Of a stretch of 64,000 nt of DNA, positions 1 through 9,036 are shown one piece after another. Where the stretch lies: contig CBDIIB010000004.1 in the NCBI GenBank assembly GCA_965279525.1, positions 800,001 to 864,000 of the forward strand, written 5' to 3'. Within the stretch, counting starts at the first letter, position 1. Every line of letters starts with the position of its first letter. The position numbers were made by a program, and so were the translations under genes. The notes below the pieces were generated by a model, which did not search any database, had not been told where the DNA came from, and worked only from the letters and a program-made list of their open reading frames with translations. This stretch comes from Tagaea sp. (GTDB taxonomy: Bacteria > Pseudomonadota > Alphaproteobacteria > CACIAM-22H2).

Positions 1-147
1 TGCCTGGACGCGCGCCGCGTCGGCCGCCTCGCGCACGACATGCCACGATGCCGGGTCGCGCAGGCCCACGCACAGGACGACGGCGCTCCCCGTCACGCGG
101 GCGCGCGCATGGGCCAGCAGGCGTAGCGGGAGAAGCGAGGGCGTCAT
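1..147 (-). CDS. Small AtuA-related partner protein, 3' end truncated by window edge (MTPSLLPLRLLAHARARVTGSAVVLCVGLRDPASWHVVREAADAARVQA...)
   Basis: ATG at 147 overlaps the TGA of the AtuA-like gene (ATGA coupling). The translation resembles the 'L..LAHARSGDKG..N.GV..R....Y..L....T..RV' small AtuA-associated domain, with the SGDKG motif degenerate. Confidence 0.55.
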   Translation of the reverse strand, partial: MTPSLLPLRLLAHARARVTGSAVVLCVGLRDPASWHVVREAADAARVQA

Positions 148-1391
148 GGCTCGCCCGCCGGCGGCGTGGCGCTCCAGGGTACGAAGGCTTTCGGGATCCG
201 CGCTTCGCAGGTTCTGCGCTCGGGCTGGATCGTCGTCCGCAGGCCGCCGGCCCCGGCCGGCCCGAAGGTCTGCAGGGCCGCGAACTCGGCAAGGGCTCCA
301 AGTGCCGCCGCGCGCGTCGTCGTGCGGACGGCCAGCCGCAATCGCACGTCGCGGGCCGGAACGATCGCGAGATTGGCCGCACGCTCGCCCGCCGCCTTGG
401 TCGATGCGTCGATGCCGACGATCTCGACGCGGAACCGGTCGTCGCCCATGCAGGCGGCGAGGCGCGATTCAAGTTCGCGTGCCGCGGCGATCGCGCGCGC
501 GGCAGCCCCCGTCCCGCCGTAGCCGATCTCGGCCTCGGCGACGAAACCCGTCTCGAAGACGAGCGATCCGGAAAGCCAGTCCGCCGGTGCGCGTCCGCGC
601 ACGCCGCTCAAGGTCGGGCCGAGCAACGTGGCGTCGCCAAGATCGAGCGTGACGTCGGGTTCGACCAGGGCTTGCGGATCGCGCACGCCGTCGAGCAGCG
701 AGAGGGCAAGACCGGCAACGCGCGGTGCAGCCCCCGTCGATCCGAACGTCACGACGCCGTCGGCGGCGATATCGCCGAACGGCAGGCCGGCTTTGGCGGG
801 GTTGTCGTCCAGATCGCCACCAGCGGCGGCAGCACCCGCCGCAAGGATGCGCCCCGCGGCGGCAGCCGACGCGAGCCGGTCATAGTCGGTGGAAGTCCAG
901 CGGTGCTCGTGGCGCGCGAAGGCAATGGCGATCGCGGCGGGCGACAGCGGACCGCTGACGAGGACTTCGGCACCTTTGGAAAGCAGGCCAAGCAACGGTT
1001 CGGCACCCAGCGGTGCGGCAGCGGCAACCAGCGTCGAGTTGGGCGGCGGGGGCGGATCGCACGGGACCGCCAGCAGACGCGCACCTTCCTGCGTGGCCAG
1101 GATATCGCGTGCCTGCAGAAGGCCGACGCGCGGCCGGCGCTTGCCCAGCCGTGCCGCAAGCGCCACGACCGCGTTGGCGACCTGTGCCGGGTCGGCTTCA
1201 GGGACTTCGATCGCGAGACGCACGCGCTTGGAGAGGCAGTCGATCAGGATGCCGCCGAGTGCGCGTTCCACCTCTGTGGTCCCGAGACGCAGGACGAGGC
1301 ATGCCGGTCCGTCCCGCGCAATCAGCTGCGCCAGCAGGCCGGCGGAGAGGTCCGGACGTTCGCCCCGCCCCGCATGCCCGATGCGCGCCAT
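144..1391 (-). CDS. Acyclic terpene utilization AtuA (DUF1446)-like protein, degenerate
   Basis: Family landmarks: PLGAEPLLGLLSKGAEVLVSG, DYDRLASAAAAGRIL, GLPFGDIAADG, DPQALVEPDVTLDL, AEIGYGG..AAARA, VEIVG, FGPAGAGG. Confidence 0.7.
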   Translation of the reverse strand: MARIGHAGRGERPDLSAGLLAQLIARDGPACLVLRLGTTEVERALGGILIDCLSKRVRLAIEVPEADPAQVANAVVALAARLGKRRPRVGLLQARDILATQEGARLLAVPCDPPPPPNSTLVAAAAPLGAEPLLGLLSKGAEVLVSGPLSPAAIAIAFARHEHRWTSTDYDRLASAAAAGRILAAGAAAAGGDLDDNPAKAGLPFGDIAADGVVTFGSTGAAPRVAGLALSLLDGVRDPQALVEPDVTLDLGDATLLGPTLSGVRGRAPADWLSGSLVFETGFVAEAEIGYGGTGAAARAIAAARELESRLAACMGDDRFRVEIVGIDASTKAAGERAANLAIVPARDVRLRLAVRTTTRAAALGALAEFAALQTFGPAGAGGLRTTIQPERRTCEARIPKAFVPWSATPPAGEP

Positions 1392-1394
1392 CGG

Positions 1395-2192
1395 CTACAC
1401 GATGCCCGTGACCTTCGAGAACGGGTCGTAGAACGCCGCTCCGGCCGCCTGCACGGCGGCCCCCTCGCCAAGGCCGCCGGCTCCGAGGAAATCGTTCGTG
1501 CGCCCGCCCGCCTCGCGGACCATCAGCAGGCCGGCAAGGCAATCCCAGGAATTGATATGGAGTTCGGCGTAGCCGTCGCAGCGCCCGTCGGCAACGTACG
1601 CGATACCGAGCGCGCCCGAACCGGCCCGCCGGAACGAAGCGCCGGCCTTGACGGCTTTTTCGATCATGCCGGTATAGCTTTCGACCGTCCGGCGGGTCGA
1701 CCAGCCGAGTTCGACCTGCGAACGGGCGAGGTCGGCGTTCGTCACGGCCTTCATCGGACGGCCGTTGCACGTGGCGCCGAAACCGCGCCGGGCAAGGAAC
1801 ATCTCGTCGCGCATCGGATCGTAGATCACGCCGATCTCCTCGCGCCCCTCGGCGACGAACGCGATCGAGATGCAGAAATGCTCGATCCCGTTGGCGAAAT
1901 TGGCAGTCCCGTCGATCGGGTCGACGACCCACAGGGCGCGCGGATCGCGGCTGCCGCCGGTCTCCTCGCCCAGTACTTCGTCCGTCGGGAACGCCGCGGC
2001 GAGGTGGCCGAACACGAGCTTTTCGACGGCACCGTCGGCAACGGTCAGATAGTCCTGGGGACCCTTGAATGTGGCCCCGATCGAGGCCCGGTCCGCGAAG
2101 TAGCGGCGCTGGAGTTCGCCCGCCGCACGGGCAATGCCGACCGCGGCGAGGGTTCGGGCGGCGATGCCGTCCGGGGTCATTTTCCTGTCCAT
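1395..2192 (-). CDS. Inositol monophosphatase family protein (SuhB-like)
   Basis: Motifs DYLTVAD, GEE, WVVDPIDGTANF, GSGAL, WDCLAG. Confidence 0.93.
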   Translation of the reverse strand: MDRKMTPDGIAARTLAAVGIARAAGELQRRYFADRASIGATFKGPQDYLTVADGAVEKLVFGHLAAAFPTDEVLGEETGGSRDPRALWVVDPIDGTANFANGIEHFCISIAFVAEGREEIGVIYDPMRDEMFLARRGFGATCNGRPMKAVTNADLARSQVELGWSTRRTVESYTGMIEKAVKAGASFRRAGSGALGIAYVADGRCDGYAELHINSWDCLAGLLMVREAGGRTNDFLGAGGLGEGAAVQAAGAAFYDPFSKVTGIV

Positions 2193-2234
2193 GGCGCGGG
2201 ACGTTACCCGTCCGATCTGCTAGAGGGAAGCACC

Positions 2235-4088
2235 ATGATCGCAATAGACAATCTGACCCTGCGGATCGGCGGCCTCACCCTGATCGAGGACGCCACCGCC
2301 CTGATCCCCGAAGGCCGCCATGTCGGCCTGATCGGCCGCAACGGCGCCGGAAAATCGACGCTGCTCGATGCCATCCTCGGCCGGCTGCATCCCGACCAGG
2401 GCAGCATCTCGATGCCCAAGCGCGCGCGCGTCGGATTCGTGGCACAGGAAGCCCCCGGCGGAGCCACCACGCCGCTCGACGCCGTGCTCGCCGCCGACGA
2501 GGAACGTGCCGCCCTCCTCGCGGAGGAGGAAACGACGGACGACGGTGCACGCATCGCCGACATACATATGCGGCTTTCCGAGATCGACGCCTATACGGCC
2601 GTCGCGCGTGCGGCCTCCATCCTTTCCGGTCTCGGCTTCGACACCGAAATGCAGAACCGCCCGCTATCGGAATTTTCCGGTGGCTGGCGCATGCGCGTGG
2701 CGCTCGCCGGCGTGCTGTTCGCCCGGCCCGACATCCTGATCCTCGACGAGCCGACGAACCATCTCGATCTCGAGAGCGCGCTGTGGCTCGAGGATTATCT
2801 CGCGCACTGGTCGGGCACGATCCTCGTCGTCAGCCACGACCGGCGCCTGCTCAACGCGGTGTGCACGCATATCCTGCATCTCGACCAGAAGAAGCTGACG
2901 CTCTACACCGGCGACTACGACCGCTTCGAAGTGCTGCGCCAGGAACGCCTCGCCTTGCAGGCGGCGATGGCCTCGAAGGTCGACGCCCAGCGCAAGCACA
3001 TGCAGGCATTCGTCGACCGCTTCCGGGCCAAGGCATCAAAGGCGGCACAGGCCCAGTCGCGCCTGAAGGCGTTGGCCAAGCTCACGCCCATCGTCGTCGA
3101 GCGGGACGAGGATGCCGTGCGCTTCGAGTTCCCCGCCGTCGAGCTTCCCAAGCCGCCGATGGTGACGTTCGACCGCGTTTCGGTCGGCTACGAGGAAGGC
3201 AAGCCGATCCTGACCGGCATCGACCTGCGTCTCGATCCCGAGGACCGGATCGGCCTGCTGGGTGCCAACGGCAACGGCAAATCGACGCTTGCCAAGCTGT
3301 TCGCCGGCCGCATGCAACCGATGGCCGGCGGCACGATGCGCGCATCCAAGCTGCAGACCGGCTTCTTCGCGCAGCACCAGATCGAGGACATCGACCCTAA
3401 CCGGTCGCCGTTCCAGCTGCTCGGCGACGAATGGCCGAAGGCCGCCCCGCTCGTCTTGCGTTCGCGCCTCGCGCGCTTCGGCTTTTCCGGACTGAAGGCC
3501 GACGTGAAGGCGGAAAACCTTTCAGGCGGCGAGAAGGCGCGCCTCGCCTTCGCGCTCGCCACCGCGCATGCCCCGCAGCTGCTGATCCTCGACGAACCGA
3601 CGAACCATCTCGACATGGCGAGCCGCGAGCGGCTCGTCGCCGCGATCAACGATTTCGCGGGCGCCGTCATCCTCGTCACGCACGACTGGTCGCTGCTGGA
3701 GCTGACCTGCGACCGGCTGTGGCTGGTCGCCGGCGGCAAGGTCACGCCGTTCGAGGGCGATCTCGACGACTACCGCCAGCTCGCACTCGCCGAACGGCGC
3801 GCCCAGCGCCAGACCACCGACAAGCCAAAAGCCGTGCCCGCGAGGCGGCCGGCGCGCGACACGGGCGCGCTGAAGCGCGAGCTCAAGGCGGCGGAAGAAG
3901 CGTTGGCCAAGCTGACGGCCGAGCGCCAGAAACTGGAGGGCGAAGCGGCGCTGCCCTCGACCTACAACGACCCGCGCAAGTCGGCGGCCAACGCAAAGCG
4001 CATCAAGGAACTTGCCGATCCGATCGCCAAGGCCGAGACGCGCTGGCTCGCCGCCGCCGAAGCGATGGAAGAGGCCGATGCGGCCTAG
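2235..4088 (+). CDS. ABC-F family ATP-binding protein (YheS/Uup-like)
   Basis: Two ABC domains (GRNGAGKST/FSGGWRMR/LDEPTNHLD and GANGNGKST/LSGGEKAR/LDEPTNHLD), no TM segments, C-terminal coiled coil. True start is ATG 2235 after GAGGGAAG. The ORF-track extension to 48 is antisense to two real genes. Confidence 0.95.
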   Translation: MIAIDNLTLRIGGLTLIEDATALIPEGRHVGLIGRNGAGKSTLLDAILGRLHPDQGSISMPKRARVGFVAQEAPGGATTPLDAVLAADEERAALLAEEETTDDGARIADIHMRLSEIDAYTAVARAASILSGLGFDTEMQNRPLSEFSGGWRMRVALAGVLFARPDILILDEPTNHLDLESALWLEDYLAHWSGTILVVSHDRRLLNAVCTHILHLDQKKLTLYTGDYDRFEVLRQERLALQAAMASKVDAQRKHMQAFVDRFRAKASKAAQAQSRLKALAKLTPIVVERDEDAVRFEFPAVELPKPPMVTFDRVSVGYEEGKPILTGIDLRLDPEDRIGLLGANGNGKSTLAKLFAGRMQPMAGGTMRASKLQTGFFAQHQIEDIDPNRSPFQLLGDEWPKAAPLVLRSRLARFGFSGLKADVKAENLSGGEKARLAFALATAHAPQLLILDEPTNHLDMASRERLVAAINDFAGAVILVTHDWSLLELTCDRLWLVAGGKVTPFEGDLDDYRQLALAERRAQRQTTDKPKAVPARRPARDTGALKRELKAAEEALAKLTAERQKLEGEAALPSTYNDPRKSAANAKRIKELADPIAKAETRWLAAAEAMEEADAA

Positions 4089-4914
4089 TGCCGTCGCGGT
4101 CCTGCTGCTGGCGTTCTTCGCCGGCCCGGCGGGCGCCAGGGACTGGGGCGACGTGCGCGGCCCCTCGCCGGGTCCCGCGCGGCTGATCGGCGGTCCGGCC
4201 AACGGCTGCATCGCCGGGGCGCAGGCCCTGCCCGCCGACGGGCCCGGGTATCAGGCCGTGCGGCTATCGCGCAACCGCGTGTGGAGCCATCCGCAGACCG
4301 TCGCCTACGTGAAGAAACTCGGCGCCTCCGCGGCTGCACTCGGCCTCCCGCCGCTCTATGTCGGCGATCTTTCGCAGCCGCGCGGCGGGCCGATGGCCTT
4401 CGGACACGCATCCCACCAGAACGGCAACGACGCCGACATCTGGCTCAATCTCGATCCGAAGCCCGATCTCCCGCCGGCGGCGCGCGAGGACATCGCGATC
4501 ACGGATCTTGTGCTGCCCGACGAGCGCGCGGTCGACCGTGCCAAGTGGCGGCCCGAGCATGCGCGGCTGCTGCGCACGGCCGCGAACTTCGCCGAGGTCG
4601 ACCGCATCTTCGTGCATTTCGCGATCAAGAAGGAGCTGTGCGCGGGCGTGACGGGCGAGCGCGCGTGGCTGCGCAAGATCCGCCCGTGGTACGGGCACAG
4701 GGAGCATTTCCATGTCCGTCTCGCCTGCCCCGCCGGCAGCCCGGACTGCACGCCGCAGGCCGCGATAGCGCCGGGCGACGGGTGCGATGCTTCGCTCGAC
4801 TGGTGGTTCATGGACGCCGAAGAACGGCGCAAGTCGGCACCGAAGCCGAAGACGGCGGCAGCGCCGCGCCCGAAACTGCCGGCGGCCTGTACGGAAATCC
4901 TGAAAGCACCCTGA
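4078..4914 (+). CDS. mepA: Penicillin-insensitive murein endopeptidase MepA
   Basis: Signal peptide MRPSAVAVLLLAFF; IGGPANGCIAGA, GDLSQPRGG, HASHQNGNDADIW, HREHFHVRLACP. Start overlaps the end of the ABC-F gene. Confidence 0.93.
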   Translation: MRPSAVAVLLLAFFAGPAGARDWGDVRGPSPGPARLIGGPANGCIAGAQALPADGPGYQAVRLSRNRVWSHPQTVAYVKKLGASAAALGLPPLYVGDLSQPRGGPMAFGHASHQNGNDADIWLNLDPKPDLPPAAREDIAITDLVLPDERAVDRAKWRPEHARLLRTAANFAEVDRIFVHFAIKKELCAGVTGERAWLRKIRPWYGHREHFHVRLACPAGSPDCTPQAAIAPGDGCDASLDWWFMDAEERRKSAPKPKTAAAPRPKLPAACTEILKAP

Positions 4915-4918
4915 AGCT

Positions 4919-5533
4919 TCAGCCCCAGCTGCGCACAGGGCCCGTGTCGATATGGACGAAGTCGCTGCGCGGATACTGGCCGACACCGCCGGCCTGCAGC
5001 GACAGAGCTGCCTGCCGGATCGCGTGTACCGAGCGGTCGGCAAGGTCGATGTCGAGCGCGCGACCCTGGATATGGAACGAGTTCCGCGCGACGCCGCGTT
5101 GGGACTTGCGTGCCGCGGCGTTGGTGCGCGGCGAACGGTAGGCCGAGATCACGCGCCACGGCTCGCTCGAATCCAGACGCTGGTAGAGTTCCCACATCTG
5201 GTCGTAGAGCTTGGGATCCATATGCGTGACGGCACCGATTTTGTAGTCGCGCAGCAGCGTATCCAGCCGGCGCGTCGCTTCCGGCAGGTAGTTTCCATCG
5301 CGCCAGTACACGGCGTCGAAACGCTCGCCGGTATTGACGATCTGGAGCTTCAGCGCACGGGTGCTGGAGGGCCGCACGGGGACCGGCGACGATGGCGCCA
5401 CGGCCGCACGCTTGACCTTCGCCTTCGGCTTGGCCGCCAAGGCATCGCCCGCAGGCAGGATCAGGCTGGTCGTGGCGGCGGCGGCAAGGAACAGAAAGCC
5501 GCGGCGGCTGGGGGGCTCGTGTCGGTCGAACAT
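4919..5533 (-). CDS. ycbK: YcbK/DUF882 (MepK-like) peptidase M15 family protein with Tat signal
   Basis: SRRGFL twin-arginine signal; NTGE, MDPKLYD, ISAYRSPRTN, GVARNSFHIQGRALD, GGVGQYPRSDFVHIDTGPVRSW. Confidence 0.9.
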   Translation of the reverse strand: MFDRHEPPSRRGFLFLAAAATTSLILPAGDALAAKPKAKVKRAAVAPSSPVPVRPSSTRALKLQIVNTGERFDAVYWRDGNYLPEATRRLDTLLRDYKIGAVTHMDPKLYDQMWELYQRLDSSEPWRVISAYRSPRTNAAARKSQRGVARNSFHIQGRALDIDLADRSVHAIRQAALSLQAGGVGQYPRSDFVHIDTGPVRSWG

Positions 5534-5630
5534 GGCCGGTGGGCGAGTCCTTCTCTCAAAACTAGTATGTGCAGAATGCACACCGACGACCGACAAGGCA
5601 AGCCCGAAGAAACACATTGAAACAATCTTA

Positions 5631-5643
5631 TAAAATATTGATT
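5631..5643 (-). promoter_or_regulatory. IHF-consensus site (AATCAATATTTTA) within an AT-rich inverted repeat upstream of ycbK
   Basis: The minus strand matches WATCAA-N4-TTR exactly. It is flanked by CAATCTTAT (5623-5631) and ATAAGATTG (5652-5660). Confidence 0.4.
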
Positions 5644-5709
5644 TTTAACAAATAAGATTGATTGAGATGTGAACCTTTCGATTCGACGTCACAGCGGAAT
5701 TTCGCACAC

Positions 5710-7383
5710 TCAAGGCGCGAGTGTCGGCGCCGGCGCTGCCGTGTCGCGCGGCAGGCGTGCCTCGACGATCGGCCGCCGCTCGATGCCGGCGACGAACCGC
5801 GCATCGAGCCCATAGATGTCCTCGCGCAGATGCAGGTCGCCGTTCTTCACGAAGGCCGTGAAATAGACGAGATGCACGGGCACGGGACCGCGCACCAAGA
5901 CGGCGCGCGTCTGGCCGTCGACATCGGCTGCCTCGATCGCATCGCGGCCCCAGCCGTTGGTGTTGCGCAAGACCCACTCGACCAGTTCGGACGGCCGTTC
6001 GAGCCGGATGCAACCCGACGACAGCGCGCGGTCGGCCCGCGAGAAATAGTGGCGGTCCGGCGTGTCGTGCAGGAACACGTCGAACATGTTGTGCATGGTC
6101 AGGCGGAATTGGCCGAGCGCGTTCTTCGGCCCCGGGTCCTGGCGCACCCAATAGGGCATGGCGCGCGGGCTCACGCGCCGCCAGTCGACCTTGCGCGGAT
6201 CGATCTCGACGCGCTCTTCGCCCGAGCCGCGATAGAAGCGGAAGCCCAGATCGACGAGCGCCTGGGGATTCGCGCGCAGGCGCGGCAGCAGGTCCTCGCG
6301 CACCAGCTTGGACGGTACCGTCCATGTCGGATTGAAGATCACTTCGGTGATGCGGCTGGAAAAGATCGGCGTGGCGCGCGCCTCGCGGCCGACGACCACG
6401 GGCATGACGAGCCGTTCGCTGCCGCCTTCCATCGCGCGAAGCGCGAAGCCCGGCACGTTGACTTCGATGTAGGTGCCGCCCGGACGCACCGGCAGGGCGC
6501 GCATGCGGTCGAGATTGACGGCGATCTGCGCGATGCGCGAATCGACGGACCGGTTGAGGGCGGCAAGCGTGCGCGGCCCGATCCTGCCGTCCGGGGACAG
6601 GCCGTGGCGGATCTGGAAGCGGACTGTCGCGGCGACGAGTTCGGGATCGTAAAACTCAGGATCCTCACCCGGCGCCAGTTCAAGCATCGCACCGTCTGTC
6701 ATCGCAAGCCGACGGCGGAGGGCAAGTACGCGCGCGTCGCTTGCGCCCGGCTCGAGTGTCCGACCGCCGGAGATCGTCCGCCAGCCGCCCCGCGCCTTTA
6801 TCGCGCGATATTCCCCGAGCCAGTCGAGGAGCCGCGCATAGGCAGGATCCGCCGGAGACAACCTGTCGAACACGCTGTCGGGATCCTCGGCGCGTGCCAG
6901 ATCGCGCAGCAGCGCGTCGGCATCCAGTGGGCGCGGAACGATGCGGATGTCGGAAGGCAGGTTGACCGACGCGACGCGCCCGCCCTGGAGGTCCGCCGCA
7001 TAGCGCAGGGCCGCCTGCGTCAGCAGCAGGTCCAGGCGTGCCAGCGATTCCGGATCGCTCGCGCGCAGCAGCCGCTCGATATCCTGGATGCTGTAATCCG
7101 ATGCGATCAGGCCGCGAGCGGCGGCCGTCCGGAAAGTCTCGACCAGCCGTTCGGCGCGCGGCACCGGCCCGTCGGTACCCAGCCAGAGCGGCGTGAAGTC
7201 GCGCGACTGGTAAAGCGACATAACCGCGGTGCGGCGTGTGTCGTCCAGACCCGGCTCGATCGCCGCGACATTCTCGCGCATGTTCGGGCGCAGATCTGCC
7301 GGGACCAGGGCCTTGGCGGCGGGGGAAAGTCCCGCGCCAAGTGCTATCAGGCCGGCAAGAAGTGCGCTTCGGGCGTCGATCAT
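5710..7383 (-). CDS. ycbB: L,D-transpeptidase (YcbB/LdtD family) with peptidoglycan-binding domain
   Basis: Signal peptide; FQIRHGLSPDGRIGPRT PG-binding repeat; NPTWTVP; QDPGPKNALG; FLHDTP...ALSSGCIRL catalytic His/Cys motif. Confidence 0.92.
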   Translation of the reverse strand: MIDARSALLAGLIALGAGLSPAAKALVPADLRPNMRENVAAIEPGLDDTRRTAVMSLYQSRDFTPLWLGTDGPVPRAERLVETFRTAAARGLIASDYSIQDIERLLRASDPESLARLDLLLTQAALRYAADLQGGRVASVNLPSDIRIVPRPLDADALLRDLARAEDPDSVFDRLSPADPAYARLLDWLGEYRAIKARGGWRTISGGRTLEPGASDARVLALRRRLAMTDGAMLELAPGEDPEFYDPELVAATVRFQIRHGLSPDGRIGPRTLAALNRSVDSRIAQIAVNLDRMRALPVRPGGTYIEVNVPGFALRAMEGGSERLVMPVVVGREARATPIFSSRITEVIFNPTWTVPSKLVREDLLPRLRANPQALVDLGFRFYRGSGEERVEIDPRKVDWRRVSPRAMPYWVRQDPGPKNALGQFRLTMHNMFDVFLHDTPDRHYFSRADRALSSGCIRLERPSELVEWVLRNTNGWGRDAIEAADVDGQTRAVLVRGPVPVHLVYFTAFVKNGDLHLREDIYGLDARFVAGIERRPIVEARLPRDTAAPAPTLAP

Positions 7384-7426
7384 GCCCGATAAGCTAGCAC
7401 GGACCGCAAAAATGGAAAGTTGAGGG

Positions 7427-8533
7427 TCAGCGACCCTTGAGCAGGTCGACCGTCGCGACCGGTTCGACCGGCTTCAAGTGGCGGTCGAAGAAGCCGATCG
7501 AGCGGTCGATCGCTTCACGGCTGGCCGCAGCCTGGAAAAAATGCGGCTGATTGGGGAACAGCGCGAGTTCGTGCGGAACGGAAAGCTTGCGCAGGATGTC
7601 GCGGGTCTGCGTCGCGCGCACGACCGGGACCGTCCGGTCCTTCTGGCCATGGATCACCAGCGTCGGCGCCAATCGCGTCGTTACGGGAGCCACATTGCCC
7701 GGCATGCCACCGCCCATGTTGACGACCGCGGCAATGCGCTTGTCGCGGCTCGACAGCCCAAGTGCCTGGAACCCGCCCAGCGAGAAGCCGAACGCCGCCA
7801 GGCGGCTCTGGTCGATGCGCTGGTCCTTGACCATCTCGTCGACGGCCGCACGGACCACGTCGTGCTGCGTCTCGAACTCGGCGATCAGGGCGCGTCCACG
7901 GGGCCGGTTACGGTTCCGGTCGCCCAGATAGTGCGGCAGGTAGACGATATATCCCGCTTCGGCAAAACTCTCGGCAGCACCGCGATAGAACGCGCCGTTG
8001 CCCATGCCCGAAGCGCCATGCAGAAGCAGGACGGCCGGCCGCGGGCCTTCGGTGTCGGGACGGAAGATCTCAAGCTTCACCTGCCGCTTGCCCACGCGAT
8101 AGCGCGCGTCGGCCCGCGATACCTGTGTCGCCACGCGGCGAAGGTCGGAACCGGCGCCGAACGCATCGCGTGGTGCGGCACCCGGCACGCGCCCTGCCCA
8201 GTCCGGGGCTGCCTGGGTGCTGTTCTCGAGGCTGGCGAGAATGGCCAGATCGTCTTCCGGGCCGGTCGCAGCACCGCCACGAGTCACCGCGCGAGCCGAA
8301 TTGGCCGTCACATTTGCGGCGGGACTGACGGCAGGCGCCGAAACAATGGCCGGAGGGCTCTCGGCAGTACCGGGAACAAATACGAACGGGAGGCTGGGAT
8401 CGAGGAGGTAGTTGGGCGCCAACGTCACGGGGGCTTCGACAGCCGTCGAGAACGACGTCGTCTGTGTATCCTGTTGCGGGGAAAGTTCGGTTCCCTGCGA
8501 GGCCACGGCCACTGCGACGAGTAGCTCAATCAT
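7427..8533 (-). CDS. Alpha/beta hydrolase (dienelactone hydrolase-like) with long N-terminal extension
   Basis: PAVLLLHGASG, GFSLGG nucleophile elbow, IHGQKDRTVP, QPHFF. About 130-aa low-complexity N-terminus after a hydrophobic leader. Confidence 0.8.
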   Translation of the reverse strand: MIELLVAVAVASQGTELSPQQDTQTTSFSTAVEAPVTLAPNYLLDPSLPFVFVPGTAESPPAIVSAPAVSPAANVTANSARAVTRGGAATGPEDDLAILASLENSTQAAPDWAGRVPGAAPRDAFGAGSDLRRVATQVSRADARYRVGKRQVKLEIFRPDTEGPRPAVLLLHGASGMGNGAFYRGAAESFAEAGYIVYLPHYLGDRNRNRPRGRALIAEFETQHDVVRAAVDEMVKDQRIDQSRLAAFGFSLGGFQALGLSSRDKRIAAVVNMGGGMPGNVAPVTTRLAPTLVIHGQKDRTVPVVRATQTRDILRKLSVPHELALFPNQPHFFQAAASREAIDRSIGFFDRHLKPVEPVATVDLLKGR

Positions 8534-8779
8534 CCAAGCCGTCCTGTCGAAACGATTATTTCGATTTGTTGCAGTCGGCTGGGGATAGCATAGCGACCGC
8601 CGATCGGGGAGTCGTATTTCGGTTACTGACGGAAATTAACCAAATAGAATGGATTTTAGTTTTAGAATCAAAGCCCTCAATTTTGCCGACAAAGCTGCGC
8701 ATCGCCTGATTCGGCGCCAGTTCTGCTAACTGATCTTTATTTCACCGTTTCGTGCGGACTCGGCAACACTGCCGTCGAG

Positions 8780-8965
8780 TTAATGGCCCTCCTGCTCGTC
8801 GAAGTAGCGCTTGATCAGCCAGAACACGAAAGCGGCAGCGGCGGCAAAGATCAGCAGCCCCATAAGATACATCGGCCCCCCGTGCGAGCCGGCAGCCAGC
8901 GCCAGACCGATGAAGCCGACAACCGCTGAAATCACCCCGACAATCCACATGCCAAGACCCGACAT
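8780..8965 (-). CDS. Small hypothetical membrane protein (61 aa, 2 TM)
   Basis: Strong SD (GAAGGGGAGG) before ATG; two hydrophobic helices; basic-then-acidic tail IKRYFDEQEGH. Confidence 0.75.
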   Translation of the reverse strand: MSGLGMWIVGVISAVVGFIGLALAAGSHGGPMYLMGLLIFAAAAAFVFWLIKRYFDEQEGH

Positions 8966-9036
8966 CGAACCCTCCCCTTCTTGAATCCCGGCTCGACGGC
9001 CGTTGGCGCAAAGCTAGCCAGTCCCCCCGGCCAGGT

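Noticed and set aside
48-2234. 1346-aa ORF suggesting a giant N-terminal fusion on the ABC-F protein
   Set aside because: The extension is the antisense shadow of the AtuA-like and IMPase genes. The real start is ATG 2235 with an SD.
8534-8779. CtrA box or sRNA in the AT-rich gap upstream of the hydrolase
   Set aside because: Half-sites are spaced by 9 rather than 7 nt and no convincing hairpin set is present. Treated as an ordinary promoter region.
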